A stretch of DNA of 64,000 nt, from the NCBI RefSeq assembly GCF_009914755.1, contig NC_060935.1. The stretch is one strand, 5' to 3'. The notes below the pieces were generated by a model. It saw only the letters and a list, made by a program, of their open reading frames with translations. It made no database searches and was not told the DNA's origin. Both the position numbers and the translations under genes were made by a program. Positions 39,801 through 54,661 of the stretch are shown here, piece after piece; positions within the stretch are counted from its first letter, which is position 1, and the number at the start of each line of letters is the position of its first letter. Source of the DNA: the human T2T-CHM13v2.0 reference genome, Homo sapiens.

Positions 39801-42800
39801 CTAGGTGCCAGGCGGGCACGGGGAATCTTCAAGGGGATAAATACTCAGAGATTTCCAACCCTTTTGGGATGAGTGCCAGGGAAAGAGGCCAAGATTCCAG
39901 GGAACACAGCCAGGACAGGGTTATTATAATCCCTAGGAGGATTCATTTGCCAGCTACTGAAGCAAAAGCAAGCAGCACCCTGAAATGGAGACTAGCTATT
40001 TCGGAGCAATTAGCCATTGGTGCCTGCTGCTGTCTTTGGAGAAGCTCCAGAAGCCAGTAGGGTAGAAAGGAGGGCAGGGAGCCCTGGTCTGCTGCAGGGG
40101 AGATGACTCCATCTTTGGTATCTCCCCACCTGACAGCTCCCTGCAAATCCAACACCAGACCTGAGATCCGAAGGGCTTCTGCTCCTACTGGGTTCATGCC
40201 CTGCCCTCAGGACAGCACTGAGCCATCACAGGCGACACATAAACAGAACAGTCCCTGGCTGCCCAAGAGCGTAAAGTCCAGAATGTTAGAGCTGACCAGA
40301 TTCTCTTCTCACATCAGGATTTTGAGCCTGGCACACATTAATACTTTAGAGAATTTGCCTTTGGGGGACAATGAATCACCCCAAATTATTCTATGTATAC
40401 GCATTGTATATGTATATGTATAAAATTGTTCTATGTATATGCATTTTTTTTTCTGGTGAGAAGATCCAAATATTTATTAGAATTTCAAAGGGTCTGTTAT
40501 TTGTTTATACTACTTTGTCCATTCTTAGTCAAACAGAGAAAGGCTAAAGAGGTCCTTATCCCACCCATATTCTCATTATTGCTGTCAAATGTCACTCATC
40601 AACATGGCCTCTTTAAGGGTAGTCCAACAAGACCTGGACATTTTTGGGGTGAAGGCAGGATGGGGGACAATTGCACTTAAAAACTTTAAGCTGCTGCTCC
40701 ATAAAGGATTCACCAGTGCCTTTTTTCTCTCCACATTGCCTGTTTGGAAAACTTTCCAGGCTCTGGTCTCACTGACTTCTGTGCCTTTGGGGTTTCTTTC
40801 CGGACATCCTGGGCCTTGGAGCCTCTGGTGACAGCTTTAGCTCATTTGCTTTGGTCTGAGATCCTGCAAAATCCTGAGGCATGGCTTGTGTCCACTGCCC
40901 TGTGTATCTCTCCTGCTTTCCAATGGGCTTGGCTACTCCCTGGAAAAAATCCACTGGAGTAGAAAGAGATTAGGTGCTATTGCAGTTGAATAAAACAGCA
41001 ATAAACTTCCAACTTTATGGAGCTAGAGAGGCAGTGTATGTCTGCGTTTTGTTTCACAGCACTGGATACAAGAAGAACAGATTGGGTGGGTGCTGCTCCA
41101 CCTGCATGGGTAGATGAGGCCGGAGGGGAGCCAGGCAATGCATGGGGTGTGGAGATGCTATCCTAGTGGTAATAATGTTTAAAACTTTTATGCCAATATA
41201 AAGGAGTCCTCAGCAACTCTTGAAGGAAGGATCTCTTTTGTGCACTGCAAAGTAACTCTCCAAGTCTTTGTTGTGTGTCCTCACCGTTCTCCATCCTGAT
41301 CTTTTTCCCACAGCCCTCCACTTTCAGCTGCCTCCCCAAAACAGAGCTGTTGCTCAGGTGCTGCCCATAGCCAGGGCTGGGGCACGATGCCTTCACCCAG
41401 AGCTAGGAAGATACCAGATACCTTGTGATAAGGTCATTGGAGGGGATTAGCACTTTCTAGGCTGAAGTTGAACTGGAATTACCTCTTGAGGAATCACATC
41501 TCTATGGACCTGTGCTGGCACTGCAACAGTGAAGAGAAGAGCATGACCCCAGCAATATTCTGCAGGAAGCAGCTCCAGCAAGTTCTGTGCTGGATGCTGA
41601 AGGGCGAGAAGAGAGAGGCGATAATGGGGTATCACAGAGGGGTTTGCGTGGCTAATCCCAAGGGCTTCAGCTTCAGTCCCATCCCAACCACTAAGGAAGC
41701 GATGAAGCTGCCTGTGACTCTCCGTGTCCCTGGAAGGATGGGCTGGGAGCCGGGGACACAGGCGCAGGACGCAGCAGCAGTATGGGTGCTGCTGCTGGGT
41801 CTGTTCTCTTTGAAACTGGATGAAGAGAGAGAAATAGGGGAAGAAGGGGAACGGCTGCGTCGTCACTGTGTTTATTTCTGACCGCCCTAGGGGACAGTAA
41901 CTGTGCAGGTGGCCCCGACTCCCAGTCTTGCATATCTGTGCATTTCCTCACCTCCCCTTCCTGATCATGCTTCCCAAGGACTCACATTTGAAGAAGTTGG
42001 TATTTCTGGAGCACTCACTTTATGGGAGACAATCTAAGGAAGAGGTAGTTTAGGATGAAACATGTTTTTTAAAGCCTAACGGAGGTGAGGCCTCTGCCCC
42101 AACACGGTTCCCCTAACCTTAGGACCAGGTCATGCCCCACTGCACCTAGACGCATCCCACCTGTCTGGCACTCTTTGTGCACCAGCCTTGCCTCCTTGCT
42201 CCACCTCAGGCTCCCAGGTGCAGGAACCTGCTTTGCATGCCTTCCTCCCTCCACCACATGTGGCTAGCACAGGGCTCTGAGGAGCGACGGGGGCCAGGCA
42301 GCAAGGGGGCAGGGCAAGTCATTCCTTGGTGCCTCCCCCTTCCCAAGGTGCTCCTCTCACCACCGCTCTGAGCATTTGTCTACAGGTCGAAGACACAGGG
42401 GCACACACAGGATATGCCCGCAGCAAGACAGCACTCCGATTTCTGTGCTCTAAAGACGAAGGAGCTTATTGCATATAAATGATCATGCGTCTTTCAACGG
42501 CTTTGCTAGTATCATCAGCTGGTTGGCTGGACACGTGCCTGTCTCCTCCCTGGGTCACCGCCAAGTTACCATTCTTTGCCAGAGTTATCTTCTGATCAGG
42601 ACTCTGGGCTCAGGTCATGCCTGAGGTAGTCCTTTAGTTCCCACTTGGGCAGCATAACTATCAAAGCCCTGCTGGACACCTGGTTGTGATGCAAGCAGCC
42701 AGGGGAGGGGGTCAGATGGCCCAGCCTCAGGCCGAGAAGTCCAGGGGGTGGCTCTGGGGCAGGAGCCTGTCCAGCCACAGGCGGCCTCTGCTAATGGGAG

Positions 42801-43445
42801 GGACCTGTTGTCAGGCACAGCTGAGCCCAGCTCCTAGGGACTGGCACATGGCACAGAGGCCTGCAGGGCTGACAGGAAGTTGGTAGCGGGTGCGGGCACA
42901 GTCTGCCACCCTTGCCTGAGAGGCAGGGTCTGGCTCCTGCACCATCTGAACATCTTGATTTGCTGCTAATGAGCAGCCGACACCCACCAAACCATGGGGC
43001 CCGCAGCAGCTGAGACCAGAGCCTCCAGCCCCTGGCTCACAGGGATCCACAGAACCCACGGCCATGCCTACCCCGAAGCTGACTGGCAGGGCCTCCAGCC
43101 AGCGAGGGGCAAGGGCCTGGCTGTGGGCCCGAGGGAGGCCAAGGGAGGCCTGGCTCCCCAGCTCGGGTGCCACGGAGCTCCACAGCTGGCTGCACCCAGA
43201 TCTCCTGAGGTGGAGCAAGGATGAAGTCCCAGCCTCATTATCCTGCTTCAAATCCTCTCCATGCCTGCACATGCTGGATGCTGTTATCTCCATTTTACGG
43301 ACAAAGGAATGGAGCTGAGGAAGGGGAGACAGCCGAGAAACAGCTCACAGGCAGCAAGGCTGGGAAGCGACCCCAGGGGCTCTTGGCTGCAGAGTTTGTA
43401 CTTGACAGACTTGAAGATGGTGTCGCTTAAAAAAAGACAAAAGGA

Positions 43446-43970
43446 GGACTTGTCTTTCTGTGCCTGGCTTCTTTCACTAAGCATGGTGTCCTCCAACATG
43501 TTTGTTCATGTTTATCACGTGCGGCAGGATTCCTTCTTTTTGAAGGCTGAATCATATTCTATCGTATGCGTAGACCACATGTTAAAACCCATTCATGTGT
43601 TGCTGGGCCCTTAGGTTATCTCCACATCTCGGCTGTTGTGAGTAGCGCCGCCATGACCATGGCAGTGCAGATAACTCTTTCAGATCCTGATCTCTACTCT
43701 TTTGGAGAAACAGGCATAAGTGGGGTTGCTGAATCGTGTGGTGGTTCTGTGATTCCCTAGAGGCATCTAAAATAGTCCTACTCCTAGAAGCAAGAATAGA
43801 ATGGTGGCTGTAGGGTGGGGGTATAAATGTTAGTTATGCAAGATGAGTAAGTTCTAGAGGTCTGTCGGGCAACAATATGCTTACAGATAACCACGATGTA
43901 TTCTCCACTTAAAACATCTGTTAAATTCGGAAGATAGATCTCACATTATTTTCTTATTACAATACAATAT
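43446..43970 (+). mobile_element. Old L1 (L1MA9/L1MB-like) 3' end with 5' inversion
   Basis: 43446-43748 is antisense L1 and 43750-43970 is the sense L1 3' end; the two pieces are adjacent in the consensus. Confidence 0.75.
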
Positions 43971-45974
43971 TTTTTTTTGAAAAAAAGGAAAGAAGGAAAG
44001 AACCCATGATGACCCCATCAGCATATCATTCATGAATTTCCTTCAAACATTATGATTCTCAATATAAGGAATACTGGGGAGAGCAGAGTAGTAGTTATCT
44101 TGTACTCACCTGATAAGTGTAAAGCATGCCTTTATATCTGTCATCATATTTGATCCTCATAACCACTTTCATGAGGTGCGTATTTTCTAGGTTTTTCAGG
44201 TGTGCCTAAAACCCAAGGTCCAGGTGAGTAGGAGGCTCGCTGGTCGCACAGCCTGCCCCCACCTTTGGGTGCTGGCTCAAGTGTGCTTCCCACCTGGCAC
44301 CTGGAGCCATTGGCAGAATCGGTGTTGGGATGGGCACCGATCTATCCCAGGTCTTTGCTCTGCTTTCAAGCCCCTTACTGCCCAGCTTTGACCCGGTGCA
44401 TGCTGATGAGTCTGTTCCAATCACTGCTCATTTTTGCAGTGTCATCCTTCAAATCCATTTGTTCCCTTATTTGATTAATCCAGGGGATTAAGCCAATGCG
44501 CAGAAGCTTTGATGTGGCAGGAGGAGTGTTTAAGCATTTCTCTCTCCCCCTTGAAGTGCTTCTCCCTCCTGGTGGTACTGGGGAAGGAGAGGCAGGGCAC
44601 ACGCAGGTGAGAGAGAGCATGTGGCCCTGCAGATGAGAAAGGCGGCACAAATGAAGGGAATGACCTGGAGCCTCACAGTTTTTTACTGGAAGTAAAAAAA
44701 TCAATCCATGACCTTAAAGAACTTTATGAATTCCTAGCTTAGGAATCAATGCACACCGATTTTTGGGTCTCCGCTTGGGTTGTGCATGTACTCTATCAAG
44801 CGAGGAAAGCTGTATTTTGCTGGGGTTGGATTGGGGATGAGCAAGTGCCATTTCTGCCACATTGCCAAGAGTCAAAAAGAAAAATGAAAAAAAAAAAAAT
44901 CTTTTGCCCAGTGAAGGTCTCAGTCCAGAGCCTGGGTCTACTGGCTGTGCCTGCCAATTTCAGGGTTCTAAGGTAGCTCCATCAGAGGATGAGCATCATG
45001 CATTCCTGAAAGCAGGATCCTGATTTTTCCTCCCCAACCCCTTTCCATGGCCCCAAACATTTCCACCTACAACCCCCCTTTCCCAAGATGGTTTTCTAAG
45101 CTTTGATTTACAGGGTGAAGGGTTGCTAGGAGAAGAAACGGTGGGAGATAAACAGGACGTGTCATGGAAAGGCACCTTCATAATTTCCATTTGAACAGCA
45201 TATCTTCCATTGGAAGAACACTCTTCCGTACATTATGTCCTTTGATCATCGACCTCTGGAGCTGGCTGGAGCATGTATCAGCTCCTCATTTACAAACAGG
45301 TCATGGTGGTTAAGGAAGCTTGGGCCTTGATTAAGACCCTCTAGCTGATAGGGCCACACCCAGCCCTTTACCCAGCATGTGTTCATCCTAGTCTCCTACA
45401 CTGGGCTGGCTCCTGTGATACACAGAGGACAGAACAGCTCGGCTGTTATGGAACCTCCAGGCTAAAGGAGAACAACCTTTACGTGTAGGGCAAATGTGTC
45501 GGCATGTACATGAAGCATGTGAAGGAGGTAACGTGATGGAGTCAGTGTACAAGAATACGCTCAGGGACCCTGAGGTAGAGAGGCCGGCAAAGACATCCTG
45601 AAGGTACGGCCTGGGTTGCTGCAGGAGTTGAGTCACCCTGGGGATGCCAGGTTCAGCATCCCCAGCACTGAGCAGCAGTCATGGGGCGCAGGCTCACAGG
45701 GCGGCTCAGCTGCTGGGGACACCGCCGTCAGGGATGGCCCTGGCACGTGGCACGTCATGCCGCAGGGGATCTCTGCATCCCAGCACCCCACATTCCTGCT
45801 CCTGAGTGGGGCTGCCATTGCCTGGTGCCTTGTCCCGAAGCCCAGTGTCCTGCTGTCTTCCCTTCCAAGTCTGCTCAGTCAACAGCTCTTATTTTTTCTC
45901 TCCATTTTTTAGACGACTTTAATAAGAATTATTAGTCTCACAACTGCTTTCTTCAAGAGCTGTATCTGGAATAT

Positions 45975-46545
45975 TTATTCTTTTTTATTTTTTGGTTGTG
46001 ATACAAAAAGTATGAGTTCTAGTCTCATAAAAATTTTTTAAGTGTACCGCATGTTGTTAACTCTAAGGACAATGCCATACGGCAGATTTCTAGAACTTAT
46101 TCATCTTGTAGGACCAAAACCTTACACACAGTGAACAGCAAATTCCTCTTTCCTCCCCACATGCCTTGGCGACTGCCATTCTGCTCTTTGCTTCCATGAA
46201 TGTGACTACTTTAGATACCGCATGGAAGTAAGATCATGCAGTATTTGTCCTTCTGTGTCTGGCTTATTTCCTGTAACACATTATCTTCCAGGTTCATTCA
46301 TGTTGCCACGTATGGCAGGATTTCCTAATTTTAAAGGCTGAGTAATGTTCCAGGTCAGTGTTCTTTATCCATTCACCTGTCTATGGACATTTAGGTTGTT
46401 TCTATATCTTGGCTCGTGTGAATAGTGCTGCAATGAACATGGGTGTGTAGATAATTTTTGAGATCTTGCTTTCAATTATTTTGGATAAATACCCAGAAGT
46501 GGGATTGCTGGATCATATGGTGGTTCTATTTTTAATTTTTTGAGC
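45975..46545 (-). mobile_element. L1MA9/L1MB1-like 3' end
   Basis: atcatgcagtatttgtccttctgtgtctggcttatttc; atacccagaagtgggattgctggatcatatg. Confidence 0.85.
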
Positions 46546-49166
46546 ATCTTACATTTTTCTTGAATCTGGAGTCCATCCTCCTCTCTTATTCCCCCATCTT
46601 TCTTAGTTCATTCAGGATCTCATAATTTCTTACATGAAATACTGGTGTCTCTTCCTTCCATGTGTATATTATTTAATTTTTTAAATGGCCATTGTTGTGG
46701 AGTAACCAACTTTAGCTATTAATAATGATTTCTCCTGTTTTTTATTTATCCACTTTCTTTCCTCCTTAAAACAATAAGTCAGAAGCACTGGCCAGCACTA
46801 TGGGCATGAGGGGACCCCTGAGTGGGGGACGGTCCGCCTGCTGCCTGGAATTGCTGGAGCACTTCCCAATCCTTGGCTCAATCTGTGAGGCAGCATCACC
46901 TCAAAATCTGTGGTTAAAGTTTTCTAACAACTTTATCAGACAGGACACTTAAAGGGAGTTCCAAAAATGTGATCAGTCTTATGCATCTAAACTGGTGGCT
47001 GCAGTTCCCAGATACTAGCTCCGTGTATTATCAATAAATCTGAGAGACACTGAGATGTCATGTTGAAACAGAGCAGAGCCTCATTCCTCTCCCTGCACCA
47101 CCCTCACCCACAGGAGCCAGAGGGGGCTTGCCAGGAAGTGCATCTCATCATTTCACTCCCAAATTTAAACCCTCAGGACCTCTGCATGTCTGCATATTTG
47201 AGGCCACAAGTCTTAGTAGGGTCCTGGGTGCCTCAGCCCCAGCCACCTGTCTCCCCAGCCTGCTTCCTCACTAGCCAGCCTCTCTGTTCTGTTCCCTTCA
47301 TGGAATCACTTACCAACCGCAGCAGGCCCATGCCCTTCCATGCCCTTTATCAGACAACAGCTCTCCTCTCCCAATCCCCTTGTCTCCTGGGCAACTTCCA
47401 ATCGATCTTAAACTCTTGTCCTCAGACATGAATTCTTCCAGAAAGCCCTGCCTGATTCCCCGGGCTGGGCCCTGACTCACCTCCCATGGCAACTTCTCAG
47501 AGCTGTCAAGCTGCAGGGCAGCTCCACGGTGGGCTTAGCGTTCAGTGGGCCAGGCTGCTGGGCCAGGCCATGATGTGTCAGCGCAGGCTGGTGACAGGCA
47601 GAGATGGTCCTTCAGGAGAAACCTGCCCCTCCACTCTTTACAGCACGGAGGGCACATTGGGTAGAGATGAATTTGAGGCCTTTCGAGGGTTGGCTTCCAT
47701 CAGGCTGCTAGCACAGAAAAATATATACCAGTAGCTTAAAATGAAAGATCAAGAAATAAGGTGTTAGCCAAAGTGACTTCTGGCAAGAAAGGTTAGTACT
47801 TTGGGAATAAAGTTTCCTCCCTTTACTTGGGCCTGTGGGTCCTTCTTTTCACTGAGGTCTAATAGGGTTGGGCTCCCTCTGGGCAAGTCCTAGAACCTGG
47901 GAGAGAGACAGAGAGACAAGTCTCCCCACCCCCACATCCCCAAAGGAGTAACAAGCTCCAGAGAAAGAGGAGGGAGGGAGCCATAGACCATTATGTGTGA
48001 TTTCCATTTTCCCATCCCTCATTCTCTCCGTAAGTTCTTTCGCATTGTCACCAGATAATTCAGCCAGCCCTTGGACATGGGGGTGGGAGGTCTTAGACTG
48101 GAAAACCTTGAGCTGATAATGATTAGGGACTCTGATCAGTGTCCATCACCACATTTGCTTGATTTTGAGGACTAGATTGGGAAGGGTTGGAAACGGAGGC
48201 TGCACAGACGATTGTGCAGAAGGGGCGCTGGCATGGGGCATCCAGGGGGTTTGTTCCTTGGAGGGAGATGGCATAAGCTCCCAGCCTCCTCTTGCAGGCA
48301 GCAGGCAGCAGGCAAATATTCATCCGCTCTTGGTGGTCCTTGTGGCTGGAAGCCAGTCTTCCATCAGCACTGGCGTCGCTTCTGAGCATCCTTTCTGCTT
48401 TTGTGGGCGCATAGCTCCGAGCGAGTGTATGCATGATGTGTGCTGCAATGGGTCCATGCATATATATGGATGAAGAACATACAGAAGAAAACGTGTTGTT
48501 TTCTTTCTTCTCTCTCAAGTGTTTGCCCTCATTTTGTGTGGAAGGGAGCGTCAATTGGAGGATGCCTGGCTCACAATGGTGTGGAGCTTCCCGGGGCCAA
48601 ACTGAGTGTGTGTGGAGAAGGAAGGGCAGGGAGGGGCTCAAACGCAATCTGCAGAGCGGACTCCTAATCAGAGCAGCCCATTCCACAGGCTGACTGGGAA
48701 ACGTGAACACCAACCCTCAGCGCTGCCTGGGAACACTTGCTGAGAATACACACCAGCTCCGTGGTCAGTTAATGGTGCTCTTCGGGCTCGGGCCACAGTA
48801 CAGCGAAGGAATGCAGCCAGGAAATGACAAGGGTGGCGGCTGGGGCAGACCAAAAAGCACAGAGAAGGGGTGAGCCTCACAAGTTGTCAGGCTTCCTGAT
48901 TTATTTTGTGGAAAATAAAATTCACTAAAAAAATACAATAAAGGGGAAAATAAACAGATTAAAGCCAGAATGAGCCAGCTCCTTGCAAACCAGCCATTCT
49001 ACTCCTGATGGAGAAGGCAGCTGAGGGAATTAGCGAGCTTAATCCCTCCAGCCAGCAGCTACAGGCCGTCCTGGGGCTGGATAGCTCTGCTTCAAGGTAT
49101 TCCTTTTAATATGTATTCTGGGGGGATCATAGCATAGGAGAGTGAGGAGCTATAAATAAAAAAATA

Positions 49167-49197
<31 letters not shown>

Positions 49198-49217
49198 TTT
49201 TCTTCTTGTTGGGCTAG

Positions 49218-49438
49218 ACAAGAGTTTCCCAACCACAGCACTATGGAAATTTGGGGCTGGATCATTCTTGTTGTGGGGCCTGTGCCTTGGTGGATGTTTA
49301 GCCGTGTCCAAAGTCTCTACCTACCAGATGCCGGTGGTTCCCCTGTTGCCAGATGTAGCAACCAAAAATGCCTCCAGATGTCCCCCAAAGTCAAATGTCC
49401 CCTGTGGGGGAGGAATTGCCCCTGGTTTAGGAACCCTG
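49218..49438. mobile_element. MER20 hAT-Charlie DNA transposon
   Basis: gcactatggaaatttggggctggatcattctt...caaccaaaaatgcctccaga...aaatgtcccctg...ttgcccctggtt. Confidence 0.8.
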
Positions 49439-49543
49439 AGCTATACTCTGTTCTGGGACTTGACATGTATTATCTGGCTCAGTTCTCACTGCAGGCACAG
49501 TTTTCCCTTCCATTTGACAGAGAAGAAACCAGCCTGGGACTAG

Positions 49544-50047
<504 letters not shown>

Positions 50048-50549
50048 TCTTCCCTCATCTTAACTTCAACCACACCAGATAGTCTATGATTAGAGAGTCT
50101 ATATTTTAGCTTTAAGTTAAACCTTAGTCTGCTGGGGTAGGTTAGGGGATGGGAGAGGGAAGAACCTGGAAGGGATGATCCATTAAGCTGATTCATATCT
50201 CAGTGTGAATAAATTTACTAGACCCAAACTGGAAGTGCCCTTTCCTCCCAGCCCCCACATCAATCAGAATAATGCTGAAGTAGGAGACTTTGTAAGCAAA
50301 AGCACAATGGGATATCCCTCCTTCCTGGTATTAGAAACCTTAGAAATAAAAATACTGTGTGCATTCATTAGGTTTCCAGTAGCTCACTATGATAATCTTT
50401 GTAGAAATACTATCATTATGGTAGAATTAGTACCACTAGTAGTATTCTCAATGGAGGAAACAGTGCATAAGAACTGAAATGTTTCTAAGTGGTCATCATT
50501 GATATGTATTTTTATTTCTCGGTTAAGGGCCTTATCTATTTCTGCCTGA

Positions 50550-51190
50550 AAATTTTGAATGGTCCATAAACAGGTCTCCCTGGCTCCAGTCTCCAGCCTA
50601 TCCATTTGTCCCATCTTTGCCCTTCACATTGATGTGAGACTGACTTCCCATATTATAAATCCACCCATGCCTTTCCGCTTTCCATGCTTGGAAGGCTCCC
50701 TCTCAAACCTCGAGATAAATTTCACATTCCTTGGCATGACTCACAAGACTTTTCTTAATGTGCGTTAGCCCTACTCCTTGCTACTCCCACATCAAGCTTA
50801 TATTTCAATCACACAGAACTAATGGAAATTATCCAAATGCATTTGGTTTCCTCATTCCTTTATAAACCTTTGCACCTGCTATACACTCTGCCTGGAATAA
50901 TTTTCTCATTTTTCTCCATCTGGCTAACTCTTTCTTGTCCTTGAAGACTTAGCAAGGATCTCTTCCTTCCAGACAGTTTCCCTAACTCCCTTTTCCCTTG
51001 TCCACTCCATTTGCCCTCCACAGCACCCCATGTAGGCCACAGTGAGATCCCATGTCCTACCACAGGAAAATTACTCCTTCACTAGCCTATGAGCCTCTCC
51101 AGAGCAGGGAATGTATCATCATTTTATCCTCAGTGCCTAGCACATGCCTGACATAAAGGAGATGGAAGAGATATTCAATCAATATTTGCA
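50550..51190 (+). mobile_element. L2 fragment
   Basis: cctttgcacctgctatacactctgcctggaat...cctcagtgcctagcacatgcctgacata. Confidence 0.65.
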
Positions 51191-53351
51191 AGATGGCCGG
51201 CTAGCTGGCTGTGGTTTAGCCCAATCATTTTCCTTCTTCTTTTGACACCCTGACTTAGATAATACTCAGATTTTTAAATCTATTGAAAACCCTCTCAATC
51301 AGATCTTCAGAACTGTTAAATTATTTTGGGGGGATCAGCTATTTTTATTACCCCTCTGTGGAGTGTTAATCAATTAAGCCTCCATGTTCAGCCTCTTCCA
51401 CCATTCAGATGCTTAAAAGCCAGAGGGACTGAAGTTGGAAAGCAGAGTGGATGTCAGGATTAAAGCAAAGGGAGCATCTTCCACTTTTGCTGGATTTGAA
51501 GTTTGCTTCTGATACATGTGCATTGTTTATTATCATTTATGGTTACTTTACAGGTTCAAAATGATGGAGAGTTGTTGATATTGGGTTTCAATCATACCAT
51601 GAGGTCTTTGTCTTCCTGGTTGGCTATTTGTCTCTTTCCTAACAGCAAGATGTTTCCTTGCATGCTGTAGGTGCTGTATAATTGTGGACCCACTATCTGA
51701 CTGACATCAGTAGCAGGTTCTTCTGCATGAGGGCAGAGAATGAAAAGAAACCCGATTAGGTTGCCTTATCCTGACATAGGTCGTGGTAAGATTTCAGTCT
51801 GCGCCAAGCTGAGCATGCTACACGGAAACTCTTTATTTATTAATTTATTTTGTCTGCCCACCCACCTTTCTTCACAGCTGCAAATGTCTTTTGATAACAA
51901 CTGTGGATTATGAAGGGTGTTAGAAATGTGTTAGGAACAGAAGGTTCGGAATTCTGTTCAGCTGTTAATAACTTGTGAGTTGTGTCAGCGTGCATAGCAG
52001 CAGCAGGCACTGAGCTAGAGATGGTGGCATGGGCACTGCCTCTGGGCCCAATGCCCGTGGACCTCACTTTCAGTGAGGGTTTATCAGGGGTGCTGCTAGC
52101 CACCTAAGGGAAGGGTCCTGTGTCATGGGATCCTGGAAGAAATCATGTGTCTGATGTCATCTGCAGAAGGAAAGGAGTTTTCTTCTCCCTTGGCTACAGT
52201 AAATCCATTTGTCAGCCAAATGTAGCACCAACTTGGCAGTCCAAATGGTCAGGATGTGAAGGGAATTAATAAAAATTTTATAGTAGCACAAATGAATCCG
52301 AAACAGACACTATAGGTAATGGGCTGTGTTCACTAAAAAAAACAAAAGTAACTGAATTAGTATCTCCTTTCCCTATTTAAGTCCAGGGAGAAGGGGCAGG
52401 ATAATGTTTGTAAGGTCTTTTTGAGGAAGATGGTGTTGCATTGTCCCTGAAGAGGAAGGATTAGATAGTATTGTTTGCATTGCAGAAGCAAAAACTGTAC
52501 ATTCAGAGACAGAATTGGAGCTTTCCCAGAGACAGTTGAGGGAGAGACCCATTCTTCAGCATCCCCAGGTGCAAGGCTGTATTCCTCAAAACAGGCTGTG
52601 GGGAACAACATAGACAAGTATACCCAAAGCAGAGTGCCGGAGAGAGGGATAGCAGATGACAAGTACCAAGGGCCAGTGCTGGGCAGAGATGTCTGCAGAT
52701 GGCTGCAGAAATAGAAAAAATAAATATCGGGACAATCATTTGACTCTATGGAAGGAGAGAGAGGAGGCCTCAAATTATTGAGATTCGTAGCTGGGAGCTT
52801 AGAGCAGATTAAGTCTGATTTTGAGAAATAAAGTAAAGTGACATTTATTGGATTCTGGTAGCATACCAGCTACATATTCTCGGAGAGGCTCGGAACGTCA
52901 TAGAAACATGGGAGCAAAAATAAACAGATTGTTGATGAAACTCCATGTCATGCCAGCAACTGTACATAACATTAGAAACTTGTATTCTGAAAAATTCTGA
53001 TAGTCCATGTTTTTATAGGGGTTTAGAATTTGTTGCTGCTCTCTAGCTTTCCTCACTAAGAAAGGAGAGAATAGAGAAGTAATTTGGGATCATCAGTCTA
53101 TTTTGGTTTTTATATGGAAGCCACATTCAAGCTTGCCTCTTGTTGGAGATAAAGGTCTAATCTTAGAATCCATGTCTCACTGCCATGAAGAAGGCCAAGT
53201 GCTGTGGTTAAAGAGCACTCACTCTGGAGTAAAAGGCGTGTGCCTGGGTTCCCATCTCTGCTCTGCACCTTGGTAGCTGAAGGACATTGGTGAAGTCCCT
53301 TAGCTCTGCACTCTCATGTTGTCTCCATCTGGGAAATGCAGTTCTTAGTAG

Positions 53352-53717
<366 letters not shown>

Positions 53718-53887
53718 TGGCACTTGCATTTTAATAGAGGAGAAAAGAAATACTTATTTCTGTCAATAAAGAAATATTACTCTAGTTTTAAGTAATGAAA
53801 AGTGATACAAAATAAGTCAGGCAACAGATTAGAGGGTTGGGCAGAGAGCGGTGGTTCTTTATGTCAGGCGGTCAAGGAAGGCTCACT

Positions 53888-54661
53888 TCCAGAATGTAAA
53901 TTAGTACAGCCACTGTGGAGAACAGTATGGAGGTTTCCCAACAAACTAAAATAAAACTACCATATGATCCAGCAGTCTCACAGCTGGGTATATATCCCCC
54001 TAAAAGGAAATCAGTCTACTGAAGAGACGTCTGTGCTCACATGTTTGTTGCAACACTGTTCACAAAAACCAACATTTGGAAGCAACCCGAGTGTCCATCA
54101 ACAGACTAACAGATAGAGAAAACGTGGTACATAGTGGAGTACTATTCAGTCATAAAAAAGAATGAGATCCTGTCATTTGGAACAAGCTGGATGGAATTGG
54201 AGGACATCATGTTAAGTGAAATAAGCCAAACACAAAAAAACAAACTTCCTACATTCTTACTTATCTGTGGGAGCTAAAAATTAACATAAGTGAACTCATG
54301 GAGATAGAAAGTCGAATGATAATTGTCAGAGGTTGGGAAGGGTAATGGTGATGGGGAGGGGGAAGTGGGGATAATTAATGGGTACAAAAATTTAGTTAGA
54401 ATAAATAAGATCTGGTATTTGATACCACAACAGGGTGACGACAGTCAATAATAATTTATCATAAATTTGAAAATTACTAAAAGAGTGTAATTGGAATGTT
54501 TAAAATGCAAAGAAATGATTAATGCTTGAGGTGATACCCCAGCTACCCTAATGTGATTACTATACATTGTATGCTTGTATCCAAAGACCTCATGTACCCC
54601 ATAAATATACACATCTACTATGTACCCATAAAAATAACACAGAATAAAATTAAAATAAATT
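53888..54661 (+). mobile_element. L1MA (L1MA1/2-like) 5'-truncated 3' end
   Basis: gaatgtaaattagtacagccact...catgtaccccataaatatac...A-rich tail; TSD AAG(G/A)AAGGCTCACT at 53874-53887 and 54662-54675. Confidence 0.9.

Noticed and set aside
45500-45522. p53-like element (three CATG cores)
   Set aside because: Flanks deviate from RRRCWWGYYY and half-site spacing is irregular
48123-48713. 196-aa minus-strand ORF
   Set aside because: No domain or coding-like composition; expected by chance in moderately GC-rich DNA
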